NCBI GenBank assembly: GCA_039096225.1 | Contig: JBBPEB010000014.1 | Span: 2,323,978-2,387,977, forward strand | Direction: 5' to 3' | DNA from: Blastocystis sp. Blastoise | Lineage: Eukaryota; Protista; Bigyra: Opalinata | Length of the DNA: 64,000 bases | Part shown: piece after piece, positions 24,775-38,169 of the stretch | How the letters are laid out: the number at the start of each line of letters is the position of its first letter | How positions within the stretch are numbered: the first letter of the stretch is position 1 | Program-made: the position numbers and the translations under genes | Notes under the pieces: model-generated | Told to the model about the DNA's origin: nothing | Database searches by the model: none | The model's input: only the letters and a program-made list of their open reading frames with translations

Positions 24775-27700
24775 TTATAATGTAACATTTTTTTCAACTT
24801 TAACAGTTTCAACTTCTATTTTTTTGTGAGGTTTTAATTTCTTTTCTTTCTTTTCTTTCTTTATATTTTTTAGAACAAATATTAATATCAAAAGTATAAC
24901 AAGAATGACAATAACAACAATAAGAATAATTGTTGTAATTGAAAGAGAATTACCTGTTGATACTATTTTTCCATTAATTGAAGTATTAGTAATATTTTGA
25001 AGATTAGAATCATTACTTGTTTTACATGCTTTAAGAAGAATAGAATCAATACCAGTAAATAGTGTATTTATATCATTCTTTATATTATCTTCATCAGCTT
25101 GATTAGCAGTTATTCTTACATTAACTGAAACACCATCAGTATAAGTAGATATACTAGAAACACTAATAATCTTTACAGCAGATGAAGGAATAGAATAACT
25201 AGTAAGTGATTGAACAATAAGTGTTCTAAATGTTTCAGTAGTAGAAGGAGTATTAAAAGCAGCTTCAGTTAATCCTTCAAGTTTTATAGGAATAGCAATA
25301 AATACTTTATTATCACCTGGATTTTCGCTGGCAGCAAATACATAACATTCAGAACTATCAGCAATTTGCCAAGAAGCAGTACCAACACCTGTATTTTGAC
25401 AAACACGACTTTGAATACCTAATTGACCAGAAGGACATTCAATATAAGCAGTTATATCTCTTTCTGTAATAGGCCAATTATCATCAGAAGGACAATAAAT
25501 AATACTTATCGTAATAGTAATAGTAGCAGTAGATTCTCCTCTAGCATTAGAAGCAGTAATAGTATAACTATTAGAAGAAGCTGAAGTAGGAATACCATAT
25601 ATAAAGCCATTTTGAGTATTAAATATTAATCCATCAGGAAGAGAAGGAGATATAGTTAAAGGATTAAGATTACCACCTGTAATAGAAGCCATAATTGGAG
25701 TAATAATATCATTCTTATAGCCAGTAATAGTATTTGTATTATAAGAAATGGTAGGATTCTTTAATTCACAATTATTAATAATAGTATCCCAAACAGCAGG
25801 ATATTCAAGTTTACATAATCTAGTTCTAAATCCTTCATAATTAATAGGATCTTCACAAGGTAATGTAATTTGGTTACCAATTTCAGTCATAGACCAACCA
25901 TTTTCAGCAACACAAGAAATAATACTTATCGTAATAGTAATACTAGCAGTAGATTCTCCTCTTGAATTAGAAATAGTAATAGTATAACTATTAGAAGAAT
26001 CAGAAGTAGGAATACCATAAATTAATCCAGTAGTAGGATTAAATGATAATCCATCAGGAAGAGAAGGATTAATAGTTAAAGGATTCAAATTACCTCCTGT
26101 AATAGAAGCTATAATAGGAGTAATACCAATATTTTTATATCCAGTAATAGTAGTAGTTATATAAGAAATTGTAGGATTCTTTAGTTGACAATTATTAACA
26201 GCATCTTCCCAAACAGCAGGATTTCCTAATAAACATAATCTTGTTCTAAATCCTTCATAATTAATAGGATCTTCACATGGTAAAGTAACTTGCTCTCCAG
26301 CTTCTGTAACAGGCCATATATCATCCATTATACAATTATAAATATTAATAATAATATTAATAACAGCATTATCTTCTCCTCTTGGATTTGATACAGTAAT
26401 AACATAAGAACCAGAAGAAGAAGAAGTAGGTGTACCATATATTTGACCATTTTCAGTATTAAATACTAATCCATCAGGAAGAGAAGGATTAATAGTAATA
26501 GAATTCAAATTACCACCAGTAATAGTAGCATTAACAGAATTAATAGCAATATTTTTATAACCAGTAATAGTTGTTATATCATATATAATTGAAGGCATTT
26601 TTAGTTGACAATTATTAATAATATCTCCCCAAACAGCAGGATATTCAAGTTTACATAATCTTGTTCTAAATCCTTCATAATTCATAGTATCTTCACAAGG
26701 TAAAGTAATTTGTTGACCAGCTTCTATAGATGGCCATATATCTTCCAAAGGACAATTAGTTGTGTTTATAGTAATAATAATACTTGTAGTAGTTTCTCCT
26801 TTTTGATTAGAAATAGTTACGGTATAAGAACCAGAAGAAGAAGCAGTAGGTGTACCATATATTAATCCAGTAATAGAATTAAATGATAAACCATCAGGAA
26901 GAGAAGGAGATATAGTTAAAGGATTCAAATTACTTCCAGTTATAAGAGCAGTAATAGGAGTAATAGGAATATTTTTATATCCAATAGTTGTAGGTACTGT
27001 ATATATTATACTTGGCATTCTTAATTGACAATTATTAACAACAGAATCCCAAACAGCAGGATAACCAAGTTGACAAGATCTTGTTCTTGATCCTTCATAA
27101 TTAATAGGATCTTCACAAGGTAATGAAGCTTCTTGACCAATTTCAGTAAGAGGCCAATTATCTTCAGAAGTACATAAAACTAATTCTATAAAAATCATGA
27201 TAGTAGTAGAAACAGAACCAGCAGTATTCATAGCAGTGATAGTATATGTAGTAATATCAGAATTTGTAGTAGGTGTACCAGAAATAACACCATTAATTTG
27301 ATTAATAGTAAGACCATTAGGAAGAGCTGGATCAATAGTATATGTCAATTCAGCACCAACTATATCAGGAGAAAGTGATACAGGTATATTTTTATGATAA
27401 ATAAAAGGAGAACCAGTATAAGAAAGATCAGTAGGAGCGACTACAGTACAAAACTGTTGAATTTCACCAAATATACCACCAGTACATAGTCTTCTTTGAA
27501 TACCAGTATATTCGATAGAACATTTTTGAAATGAATAACTTCCTTCAATAGCAGGCCCCCAAATACCATCAGCTACACAAGAAACAACCTTATTATTAAT
27601 GTATAAACCAAATTCAGATAATTGAAAATAGGTATCACCACACAGAAGAGTATCAAGATCAGAATTATCACATTCAGTAGTGATAAATCGATAAGAATTA

Positions 27701-30700
27701 TAAGGTTGAAAAGAATAGAAATCATAAGAGAATGTTTTTCTGTGTAAATTAAAAAATTGTTGGTGTTGAAAGTCTAATAATATCCAAGTAGCACCATTAT
27801 CATTAGAACCTTCAATTCTCCAACTAGAAGGAGATCTCCGATTACAATATTCACCATTAGTAACCTTATAATGATTGATAAATTCTTTACGACCATTATT
27901 GAAAGTATATTGATAAATAGCACCAACGCATCGTGGACCACTAACAACTGAAGTATCTATTTTATTATCAAATAACATATCAGTACCTTCATCGCCAGTC
28001 TTTTCAATATCAGACCAAGCAACACCATCAGATACTCTGTATTCACCAGAAGCAATAAAAGAAACAACACTTGTGAAATTATTGGTAGTAGAAAGAGTAT
28101 CTTTCTTATGAATCTCAATAGCTATAACATTAGTACCAACAACAAGAATAGGATTAATAAGTGTAGAAACAGAACTAATAAATACAGTACTAGAAGTATA
28201 TTCAGCAGTAGCAGTAGTATTATAATTAACAAAACCAGTAGGCATATTAATTCTTCTGATTTCATTACCATTAAGATAAACAATCATACCAGCATAAGTA
28301 CTAGCACTAATATCAATTCCAGCAAAATCAGGATTAATAGTAGAAAGAGTGAAAGTAGTTCTATAATATTGAGTATTACCAGTAGGAACAGGTAAAGATC
28401 CAGAAATACCAGAAGTCCAAGCAACATCAGAGAAAGAATCAAGATTCCAACCAGAAGGAACCTCACTATCAGAATCCAAGTATTTCCAAGTATTAGAACT
28501 AGAAATAATTCTACCGATGCTTAGAATAACTGTCTTAGGAGATACACGTTTAGTAACAGTACCAGAAACGAGAGGAGTTGTATCATCTTCAATATAAACA
28601 GAATAAGCACTAGCACCAAAATTGTCATTCTTTATATCAGACATAACTAAAGAATAAACACCAGTAACTTTACAATAGACGAAATCTTGTGTAGAATAAT
28701 CAACACTAGTAGATCTTGAATCAACAACTACACCAGTAGAGTCTTTAAGAATCCAAGAAACTTTATTAGCATTAGTTTTATAATCGAAAGATAATTTGAA
28801 TAGGTTATTAGGGAAATTACAAGTAAGTACAGAGATAGTAATTGTAGCAGTTACAGGAGTACCTTGAATACTCTTAGCAGTAATAGTATATACAATAGGA
28901 GATTGGAGTTGAGTAGGAATACCGTTTAAGTAGCCATTGGAAGAATCCATAGTAATACCAGTAGGAGGAAGAGGAGTAATACTAAAATCATAATAATATT
29001 CAGAAGAAACTAAAAGATCAGGAATTATAGCATCCTTATAAGCAACAAGATTAGAAGGAGTGAAACTAAAATCAGGAATAACAAGAGAATTAATATCTTC
29101 AATTAAAAATTCCCATTCAGAGAAAGCATATTTATTATTCTCTTCAATAACAACAGCTTTAGTAACAGCAATCTTATAATTAGTATAAGCTTTAGTAGAA
29201 CCAAGAGCATAGAAACATTTTTTTTGTTGTCTTTCTTTCCAAGAATTATTAGTTTGAGAAGTAATAGAAGTCCAAGTAATACCATCCATAGAACCATAAA
29301 TAGTCCAATCTGCAGGATCATGACTAGGAGCATCTCTGTTGGAATAAATACAATATTTATTCATATAAATAGCTCTCTTATTATTAAATTGAACGGAAAC
29401 CCATTTTTCACTTACAGAATCATGAATAGGAGTAATCCAACGAGTATAAGGATTAGAATCAAAAAGATTAGCAGGATCACCATCTGTAAACACACCACTA
29501 GAAGCATAATAGCCATCAGAAGCATTTTGAATGACATTAGAATCGCCAAGAAGATGGAATATACCATCGAAATCAAGTTTATAAGAACCAGTACCAGAAT
29601 TAACAAGAGCAATAGCTATAGTAACACTATTGTCATTAGAAAGAGTAGTCATAGGACCCGATACTGATCTCCATAAGAAAGAAGAATCACCATCAGTAGC
29701 AACAGTAGTTGTAGTAATTTCACCAGCAGCAATATTATATCTATAGACTTCATTACCATTTACATAAATAACACAGCCAGCTTTAGATTTAAAGAATAAT
29801 TCCCAACCAACCATATTCGTCTTAGAAATAATAGTAAAAGTACTTCTAAGAAGAATAATACTTTGAGTAACAGAAACAAGAGGATTATAGTAAAGTTGAG
29901 ACCAAGATACATCAGAGAAAAGAGCAGTCTTCCAATTAGCATCAGTAGGAGCACCTTGTTGATATCTCCAAGCAGATTGAGGAGCAAGATCAAGACGAGT
30001 ATTAACATAATAAGTAGTAGTAGTACCAGTTAATAAATACAAGCGAGCAATTCTATGTTCAGTAGTAAGATCATATTTTATAGAAACATCAAGATAAGCA
30101 CCTTTTTCCCAGCCATCATTATTATCATCGAAAAGAACAAATTTCCAACGACCAGCAGGTTGACATTCATTTAATAATTGATTAGCACCATTATTAACAC
30201 CAGTAACAGTAATAATTTGAGTATTATCTTCAGTATAAATAACAACACGTTCATCTTTAGAAGTCGATTTATTCACTTTAGTAATAACTACTTGAGCCAT
30301 AGAAGGTTGTTGACAAACAATAACACTAATAGTCATAGTAAAAGAAGTAGCAGCATTAGTAGCACCATCAATAGCACTAATGGTATAAGTTTTAGTGGGT
30401 GAAGTTGTAGTTACAGAACCATATATAATACCATTATTAGAATTAAAATTTAATTCAGTAGGTAAAGCAGGAGTAATAGTATATGTATGAATACCACTCG
30501 AAATAGGAGCAATAGATATAGATGGATCATTAGTATGAATATTAAGAGTATGAGAAGGATATTGAAGACCAGGAGTAACAAGAGGTTGATTTGTAACAAA
30601 AGTACGAATTTCAGATAATTGAGTAATACTTTCACCATTATTAGATAATATATCCAATTTAATTCTATTATAAGATTTTCTATTAGAAGGAATATTAAAT

Positions 30701-32351
30701 ATATAATTAGTACTTCTAGCAGCAAATTTGTTATTAATAACATGGTCTAAGAATATCCAGGTAATACCATCATCTTCAGAACCATAAAATTTCCATTCTT
30801 TTGGATCTCGTCCAATATAATCATTACCAGAAGTAATTTGATAAGCATTAAACCAAGTTTTAGATCCATTAGGAAGAGCAATAATAATAGTACTTGAAGT
30901 ACCTTTAAATAAGTATTTAGTAGAATCAGAATTATCAGCAACATTACCACAAATTTCACTTGTATTATGGTTTTCAGCAGAACAAGTAGCAGTACCACCA
31001 GAAGTAACAACTTCACCAGCTAAAATAAGGAAATTAGAAACTTATTATGATGTTTTTTAAATATATTAAAATATTCGTTTAATAAAAATAGATTTATATA
31101 AAAAAGGTAATACACTACTAATAATATACTATTAGAAGAAATAGGAATAGCGAAAACATCAAATACATCAGCAGTATTTAATTGAGAAGAGTGAGAGTGA
31201 ATTTCAACAGCAACTGTAAAAGCAGTACCTGATGTGACATAATGAGAGGGAGGAATAAAAATTCTGTTTTTATAAATGATTATAAATATGAATTATTTCT
31301 AATAATATAGAAAAATATATACATTTTCCAGGTAGGTTCTGTTTCAGAAGTTAATGAAGTTGTATTAGAATTCGATACACTATAAATAATATATAATAAT
31401 AAATCATTATTATCTTATATATTTATTGATACAGATAAAAAATAATAATATAAATATGTTGTATTTAAATAAGCAAAAATATATATACATAGGTAAGCCA
31501 ACACGAGACGCTTCAATACCATTTATATAAACGACAAAACCAGAATTGGTTTTAATACCAAAATGAATTGCATAAGTATTCATATCAACGATAGTAGTAG
31601 TAAATCTATAATAACGAGTAATAGTAGAAATAGGATGGAAAGAACCAGGAGCAAGAGAAGTCCAAGTAGAATCATCAAATGATATTTGTGTCCAAGAAGT
31701 ATCAGCTTGAGCAGTAGTTGAAGTCTTCCAAGTAGCAATAGGACTAACAACCATTTTTACTATATAGAATAGCATACGATAGTAATTGTTTAGAAATGAA
31801 TAAAAATGTATTATTATTATATATAAATAATTCTTATATTTGTAATAATAATGTATACAAGTGAATTGTTGTAATTTAGTGACACCTGAAGAAATTTCAC
31901 CATTACTGAGTGTCGTGTTAAAGAAGGTAATGCCGTTATAATTAATTTGAAGATAAGAACCAGCAGACCAACCATCACCGTAACTAAAATTAATATATAA
32001 TTATCATTAATTTGTTTTTTATTATATAAAAACAAAACACAATATTATTTTTTAAACTTCAAAAATACTAATGATTGCATACCTATCGTACATAGAAAGA
32101 GTGTAGACAGTATTCAATTGAAGACAAACATCGTATTCTTTGGAAGAAATATAATTAGTCTCAGTAACTTTTCCTTCATACAAATAAGTACCAGTTGTAT
32201 CAGTACCTTGAAATATTTTCCAGGATTCTTCATAACGAAATAGGCCAAACTTTCTTTTAAGAATAAAACACTGGTAGGCATTTTCACGGATATCAAAAAA
32301 ACGACAAATGAGAAAAAGTAAACAAAAAATTTTAAGACACTTTTCAGTCAT
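24775..32351 (-). CDS. Large type-I membrane surface/adhesin-like protein (galactose-binding-like/F5-8 type C domains, putative-Ig He_PIG repeats alternating with Cys/Trp HRM-like modules, C-terminal TM and basic tail)
   Basis: Five short 5' exons (EESWKIF...DSYGDGW...WKTS...YYRFT...VAVEIH) join in frame to one exon at 31019-24775. Repeats of PSLPDGLxFNxxxGxIYGxPT and CxxxDxWPxTExGxxxxLPC..R.C...W. Hydrophobic IILIVVIVILVILLILIFVL followed by KNIKKEKK. The start codon is tentative. Confidence 0.85.
25500..27180 (-). repeat. Four tandem 420-bp (140-aa) coding repeats
   Basis: The anchor ccatcaggaagagaagga recurs at 25631, 26051, 26471 and 26891, an exact 420-nt period. Confidence 0.95.
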
Positions 32352-32569
32352 AGCGAAAAGAGTAGCCAAAAAATAGGTTATTTTTGTCGGATATGGTCTT
32401 TCTTTTCATTCGTTCAGAATTCTTTTAGAAACGTCATTTTTTATTTATTTATCGTTGTGTGAATGATAATAAAAATATATATAACAAAAGACAATAGATA
32501 ATAATAAAAAAATAATAACAATAATAAAGATAATAAAATAATAATTATTTATAATATTTTTGAGTAATT

Positions 32570-33110
32570 TGATATCATTTTGGATCACTATATATACATA
32601 AATGATAGAAATGATAATAATATAGATAACATATAAATATATACCTTTATGTATCACTTGTAGAATACCCCTTGAAGAAAAACCACAACTATAAAAATAT
32701 AATTTATAAAAATAAATATATTATAATAATATACCTTCAACCACCAAACAGACTAGACCAAGAGAAACCTCATGAAGGACCTAGAACCTATATAAAAATA
32801 AAAGTAGTTAATTTTAAAAAAATAAAATATAATAAAATACCTTCAAAACCAGGGAGTTGTTAACCAAGGAGACCGACAACAACACCTGAACCTATAGAAG
32901 ATGATAATAATAATAACAAAGAGAATGCTAAAAATATATACCTTTAATAGCACAAGATTTCTAGTTACATAGACCCCACAACTCATTGTTTAACTTTAAA
33001 GAAGAAGACCAATTAGGACCTATTTGAATCTATTTGGATAGATCATGAAGACTATAAAGTTTAAAGCAAATAAAAAATATTATATACATCTTATAATATA
33101 TAAAAAATAT
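32570..33110 (-). other. Apparently spliced multi-exon segment without a continuous ORF (long 5' UTR, lncRNA or decayed gene)
   Basis: GC-richer blocks bounded by AAG|GTAT donors and TATAG acceptors. Blocks at ~32735-32787 and ~32942-33051 have stops in all three frames. Confidence 0.45.
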
Positions 33111-33895
33111 CTGAAAAATAAATAAAAATAAAAATAAATATGTGAAAATATTAAATCTTAAAAATAAAGAGAAATTCCCCCTTATAAAATCTTTTTTTCT
33201 ATAATAAAAGTTTGTGTAAATTCGTTGTTTCCAGGGGTTAAAACATTTTAAAATTTTCCCTTTTTCTCTATATAAAAGTCTATTTGAATTTTTAATTGAT
33301 ATATAAATGTTATATGTGTCTATTAAGCTTAATTATTTAATTATAACAGATTTCCGGACTTAATTAAACAAGAAAATTGTTATTTTAATAAACTATAATT
33401 ACAATTAAATATATTTGTTAGTTATTTTTATATAATACTATTCTATTTATAATAAGAATGCAATAGAGAATCAAAATATATATTTAGTATAGCTATTGAT
33501 GAAGATATAATTCGCAATTGACAACTTTTGTTTTATAGTATGTTTTAGTTCAATGCATCATATATTATTATTAGTGAATAAATAAACTGAGAATGTCTGA
33601 GAGGTTTGTAAGTTGTTTTAGGCATTATAAAGAAATCATAAAATATAAATAGAAACTGTATTTATGTTAAACTCCTTTTTATGTTATTCCAAAAGAATTC
33701 TTTTAAAATATTTTTATTCTCAAATACTACAAAACAAAATGTATATAAAAAATAAATATAACACAATAAAAAATAGATAAAATAGATATTAGATAATATA
33801 TATAAATATAAGTAACATATCATTATAATACATATAATATGTATATGTAAGGAACTTCTTTCTATCCTATATATATATATGACTATAAAACTATG

Positions 33896-33934
<39 letters not shown>

Positions 33935-36327
33935 ATAAAGAGTAGATTAGTTGCGGCTGTGGGTATACCTGTTCTTTAAGGAGTATGAGAGAGTAATATA
34001 TAGGGAGAAAGGAAAGGAGGATACTAGGGATATAACGAGAAGAGTTAAGGAATAGAAAGGAAGGGAGAGACACTATGAAGGGATAGAATAAGATAAATAA
34101 TATAATACAAACTAATAAGTATAATAACTATTATATACAGGATACATAATAACCATGCTTCTGATAATCATGGTTATCAAGGAGAGAAATAAAACGCTGG
34201 TATTATAGGAGGTATATAGTAAGTATATATATATTGATGTATTTGTGGTTTATAAATATATAATGTCATATCTATCATATGTATAGCATTTTGATATCTA
34301 TATATACATTAATTATAAATATAAAATAGTTAATACTATGTATAATATTTTATATCAAAAGTTTTATAGTGTATAATTAAATATACAATTGAGAAATACT
34401 GGAGAAGTAATATTCCCCGCGATTAATGATTCATAAAGAAAACACCCACAATAATACTGGAAGATGAAGAAGGAGAAATATGGAGAACTGTACATAACCA
34501 CGGGGATAATAAGTATATCCTATAAAATATTTAATAAGAAGATCATGTGATGTAAGTAGCTGACAGAGGGATTCACACATCCATAGAATACATAGATTCT
34601 ATATAATAATAATAGTAATATATAATAATATATAGATTCTATATAAAATAATAATAATAAATATAATAATAATAATAATAAATATCTATATATATATATA
34701 GCATACATAAGGGAAGTACATGACTATAGAGCTATATATTCCTTTATATTTATAAATTATTCCTAATGCTTGTTATGTATATTTATGTTTATGTATATAT
34801 ATATTAAGGAATGAATAAGAAGGAAGAATAAGAGGGATACGAGGTAATAAATAAGGATGAGAAGGAGTTAAGAGCGTATAATTTAAATCTTTATTTTTTA
34901 ACTGGACAAATACATATCAATTTATATATATATATATAATTCTGCACAATAACTACATTCAGATGCTAATATAATTATTTATATTTGTGATATAGGGTAT
35001 CATAAACTATATATTTATAAATATAAATAATAATTATAATTATAATAAATATAATAATAATAGATATAATAATAATAATAAATATAATAATACTAATAAA
35101 TATAATAGTAATAAATATAATAGTAATAAATATAATAAATATAAATATAATAATAATAAATATAATAAACATAACAATATATACCTTTTTTATTAGGTTC
35201 AAAATTAAATCCAAAATTTCTACTGGCAACTCTCATTCTCCCTCCAGATCGAAAAGCGGGAAGTGGGGTAATGCTGACGAAGATACACTCAGTTTATTAT
35301 TATTAGTATTATTAATATTATTATTATTATTCTTTCCTAAAGTAATAATATTATTATGATGAGAAATAGCTATTCTATCTATATTTGTAGGAGTGAATAA
35401 TATATTACTAGCACAATTATTATGTATATCATATGTATAATCAATACAAGTATTAAGATCTGAAGATTGTAACTTTAAGTTGATTTGATTGGTTATCGTT
35501 GAAGATAAATGTGCGGATAACGTTCTGTTAACATTCTGAGGAATAATATTTTTTATCATTATTATCATTAGTATTATTACTAGTATTATTATTATCATTT
35601 TCAAATAATTCACCATTACTAATACTATTGATTCTCTTTAGAGGAATAGGAGAAGTACTTTTCAACAAAGGTGATATTTCTATATCATTATCTGCTTCTT
35701 TATATATAGTATCCATACTTAAGGGACAGACTTCAGAGAATGAAGATGAATTTCCTTGTGTAGTAGTAGTATATATTTCATTTCGATCACCATCAAATAC
35801 TATTTCATTAGTATTATTTACTTCATAAGGAGAAATTGATGTAGATGAAGGCATAAGAGTAATAGAAGCTTTTGGAAAAGGTATTTCAGAATCATATTCT
35901 AAGGGCTCTAAAGAATTTCTATTCGAACCAGAAGGATTATGAGAGAAAGAATGTATATTATTATTAGTAGTAGTATCAACATATAATTCATTATTATTTA
36001 TTATAATACTATTTGATGTAGAAGAAGGAGAAGCCGAATTCGATATAGAACTATCTACAATAGGAGACGAGACACAATCATTATTTTCATGATAACTACT
36101 ATTTGAGTTTTGTTTCATCAGATGGTGTTGACTATTATATTGTAAATTTGAGAGAGAAAGAGGAATAGAAGAAGGTGGAGTTGCTGATAAAGATGGAGGT
36201 ATATATATAGATGTACCTATATGAGTAGAAGGAGTAGATATACGTATTGATGAAGGATAAGAATGGCCTAATAATTTATTAGCTATTATATTATTATTAT
36301 TATTATTTATAGAAGATATAAAAGGCA

Positions 36328-36328
<1 letters not shown>

Positions 36329-36424
<96 letters not shown>
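36329..36424 (-). repeat. (AAT)n microsatellite encoding a poly-Asn run
   Basis: About 32 consecutive AAT codons in ORF 35528-36802. Confidence 0.95.
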
Positions 36425-36425
<1 letters not shown>

Positions 36426-36825
36426 GCATTAGTATTAATACTATTCATACTAATACCATTAATATTAATTTTCTTTTCTAAGAATAGTTTATGTATTACT
36501 TCTGGTTTATAGAAAGGAGTTAATATATAGAAAGCATCAAGTAATGTAGAGGTAAATAATTGCTGTATAATATAAAGATTTGAAAAAGATGGAGTTAATA
36601 AAGAAAAATAAATTTCTATTATCATTTGTATAGATGCAGAATCTATATAATAATAATAATAATTAGATATTATATATATTAAAAAGAATGAAATTATATA
36701 TATACCATTATGACATATATTGTCTAATATATATATATATATATATATCTCTTTTCCACCTTTGTAACATCTTAATATATATTTCATCCGATATATGGTC
36801 ATCCACCAAATTATCTAAATCCTTA

Positions 36826-36827
<2 letters not shown>

Positions 36828-36895
<68 letters not shown>

Positions 36896-37010
36896 TAAGT
36901 ATAATAATAATATATAAGTAAAATAATAAGTATAATAATATGTAATAATAAGTATAATAATATGTATAATAATATGTATAATAATATGTATAATAATATA
37001 TATATATATA
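36828..37010. repeat. Intronic (TA)n run followed by ATAATAATATGT-type minisatellite
   Basis: Directly visible in the sequence. Confidence 0.85.
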
Positions 37011-37134
37011 TATATATAATAAATATATATACTTCTTTTAATATCTAAAGATAATGTTGTTAAATAACCAGTTAATTTATCTTGATCATCTATATATATA
37101 TATATATTATATATATAATTATATATATAGTATT

Positions 37135-37166
<32 letters not shown>

Positions 37167-37551
37167 TATATATATTAATATATATATATATATACAATTT
37201 AGTTAAAGCAGCAAGATAAAGTAATAGAATATCTTTAAATAAATAAATATTATCATCATTTTCATATCTTAAACATTTATATATATAATCACATATTTTT
37301 GTATCCATATAATTAGTGATATGTATAATATCATATATAAAGTTGATAATAGAACGATATTGCTTTGTTATTGTAGTATCTTCAGAATTATTTCGATATA
37401 TATATATATATCATATAAATGTGTTCCTTGTAGTAGCATATATATATTATGGAAACATCCTATATATTATTATTATTATTTTTAATATAATAATCTTTAT
37501 TAAATAATAATAAATTAAAATTGGAAACTAAAAATTAAAAAGAAAATCAAA

Positions 37552-37617
<66 letters not shown>

Positions 37618-38169
37618 GACATACCATTTTAATTTGAAAGAATATTACCAACAATCGGATTTGTAAATGGGAAAGAAAAATTCATATTCTATATATAATA
37701 TAATAAAATTAGCATAAAATAATATAAAATTAAGATAAATAAAAATTAAATAAATATTTTATATAGGAAAATAAAAAAAAAGAAAAATGTTAATGCAAAC
37801 GAAAAAAAATATATACGATATTTATATACTGTTGATAACATGTTTGGTTGTGGTTTGACATTGATTTGAGTAAGAACCCAAAAAGAACCTAAAAATAAAT
37901 AAAAAAGAAATGGAAAAAAATACCTTAATAGATAGAGCGAAGCATCAACCCGTTTTTGGTAAACACTTCTAATAATGACTGAGGAGACTGTTTGAATGCA
38001 GACTGGAAGCCAGAATGAAGGACCTAAAAGAATTATATAAAAAAATAGGAAATATTCAATAAATAAATTATGATATAATATATACCTGTATAGAAAACAC
38101 CTAAGATATGCATAGCAGTCACTAGATCTGCTTGTATGCAACAAATTAAAAATAAAGATAAATTCATAT

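Larger units (their letters stand above)
33930..38150 (-). pseudogene. Multi-exon gene with Asn/Ser-rich insert and F-box-like motif, disrupted by frameshifts and stops
   Basis: Canonical introns and coding-like exons, but a frame break at the TA run at ~36730, a frame break at the A6 run at ~35550, an in-frame TGA at 35233-35235 before ELPVEILDLILNLIKK, and further stops below 35000. Assembly error cannot be excluded. Confidence 0.55.

Noticed and set aside
24177-24777. Blastocystis-type stop codons created by polyadenylation (TGTTTGTT motif)
   Set aside because: All gene ends examined have genomic TAA, and the motif was not seen at the expected position.
28108-30743. Small antisense and alternate-frame ORFs in the ORF track (also 22637-22852, 23267-23593, 41004-41636)
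   Set aside because: They are shadows of biased codon usage or low-complexity sequence. The I/Y/F-rich ORF tails are read-through into introns.
34148-34178. Hairpin ATAACCATG...CATGGTTAT as a SECIS element
   Set aside because: It is too short and lacks the AUGA/GA quartet geometry.
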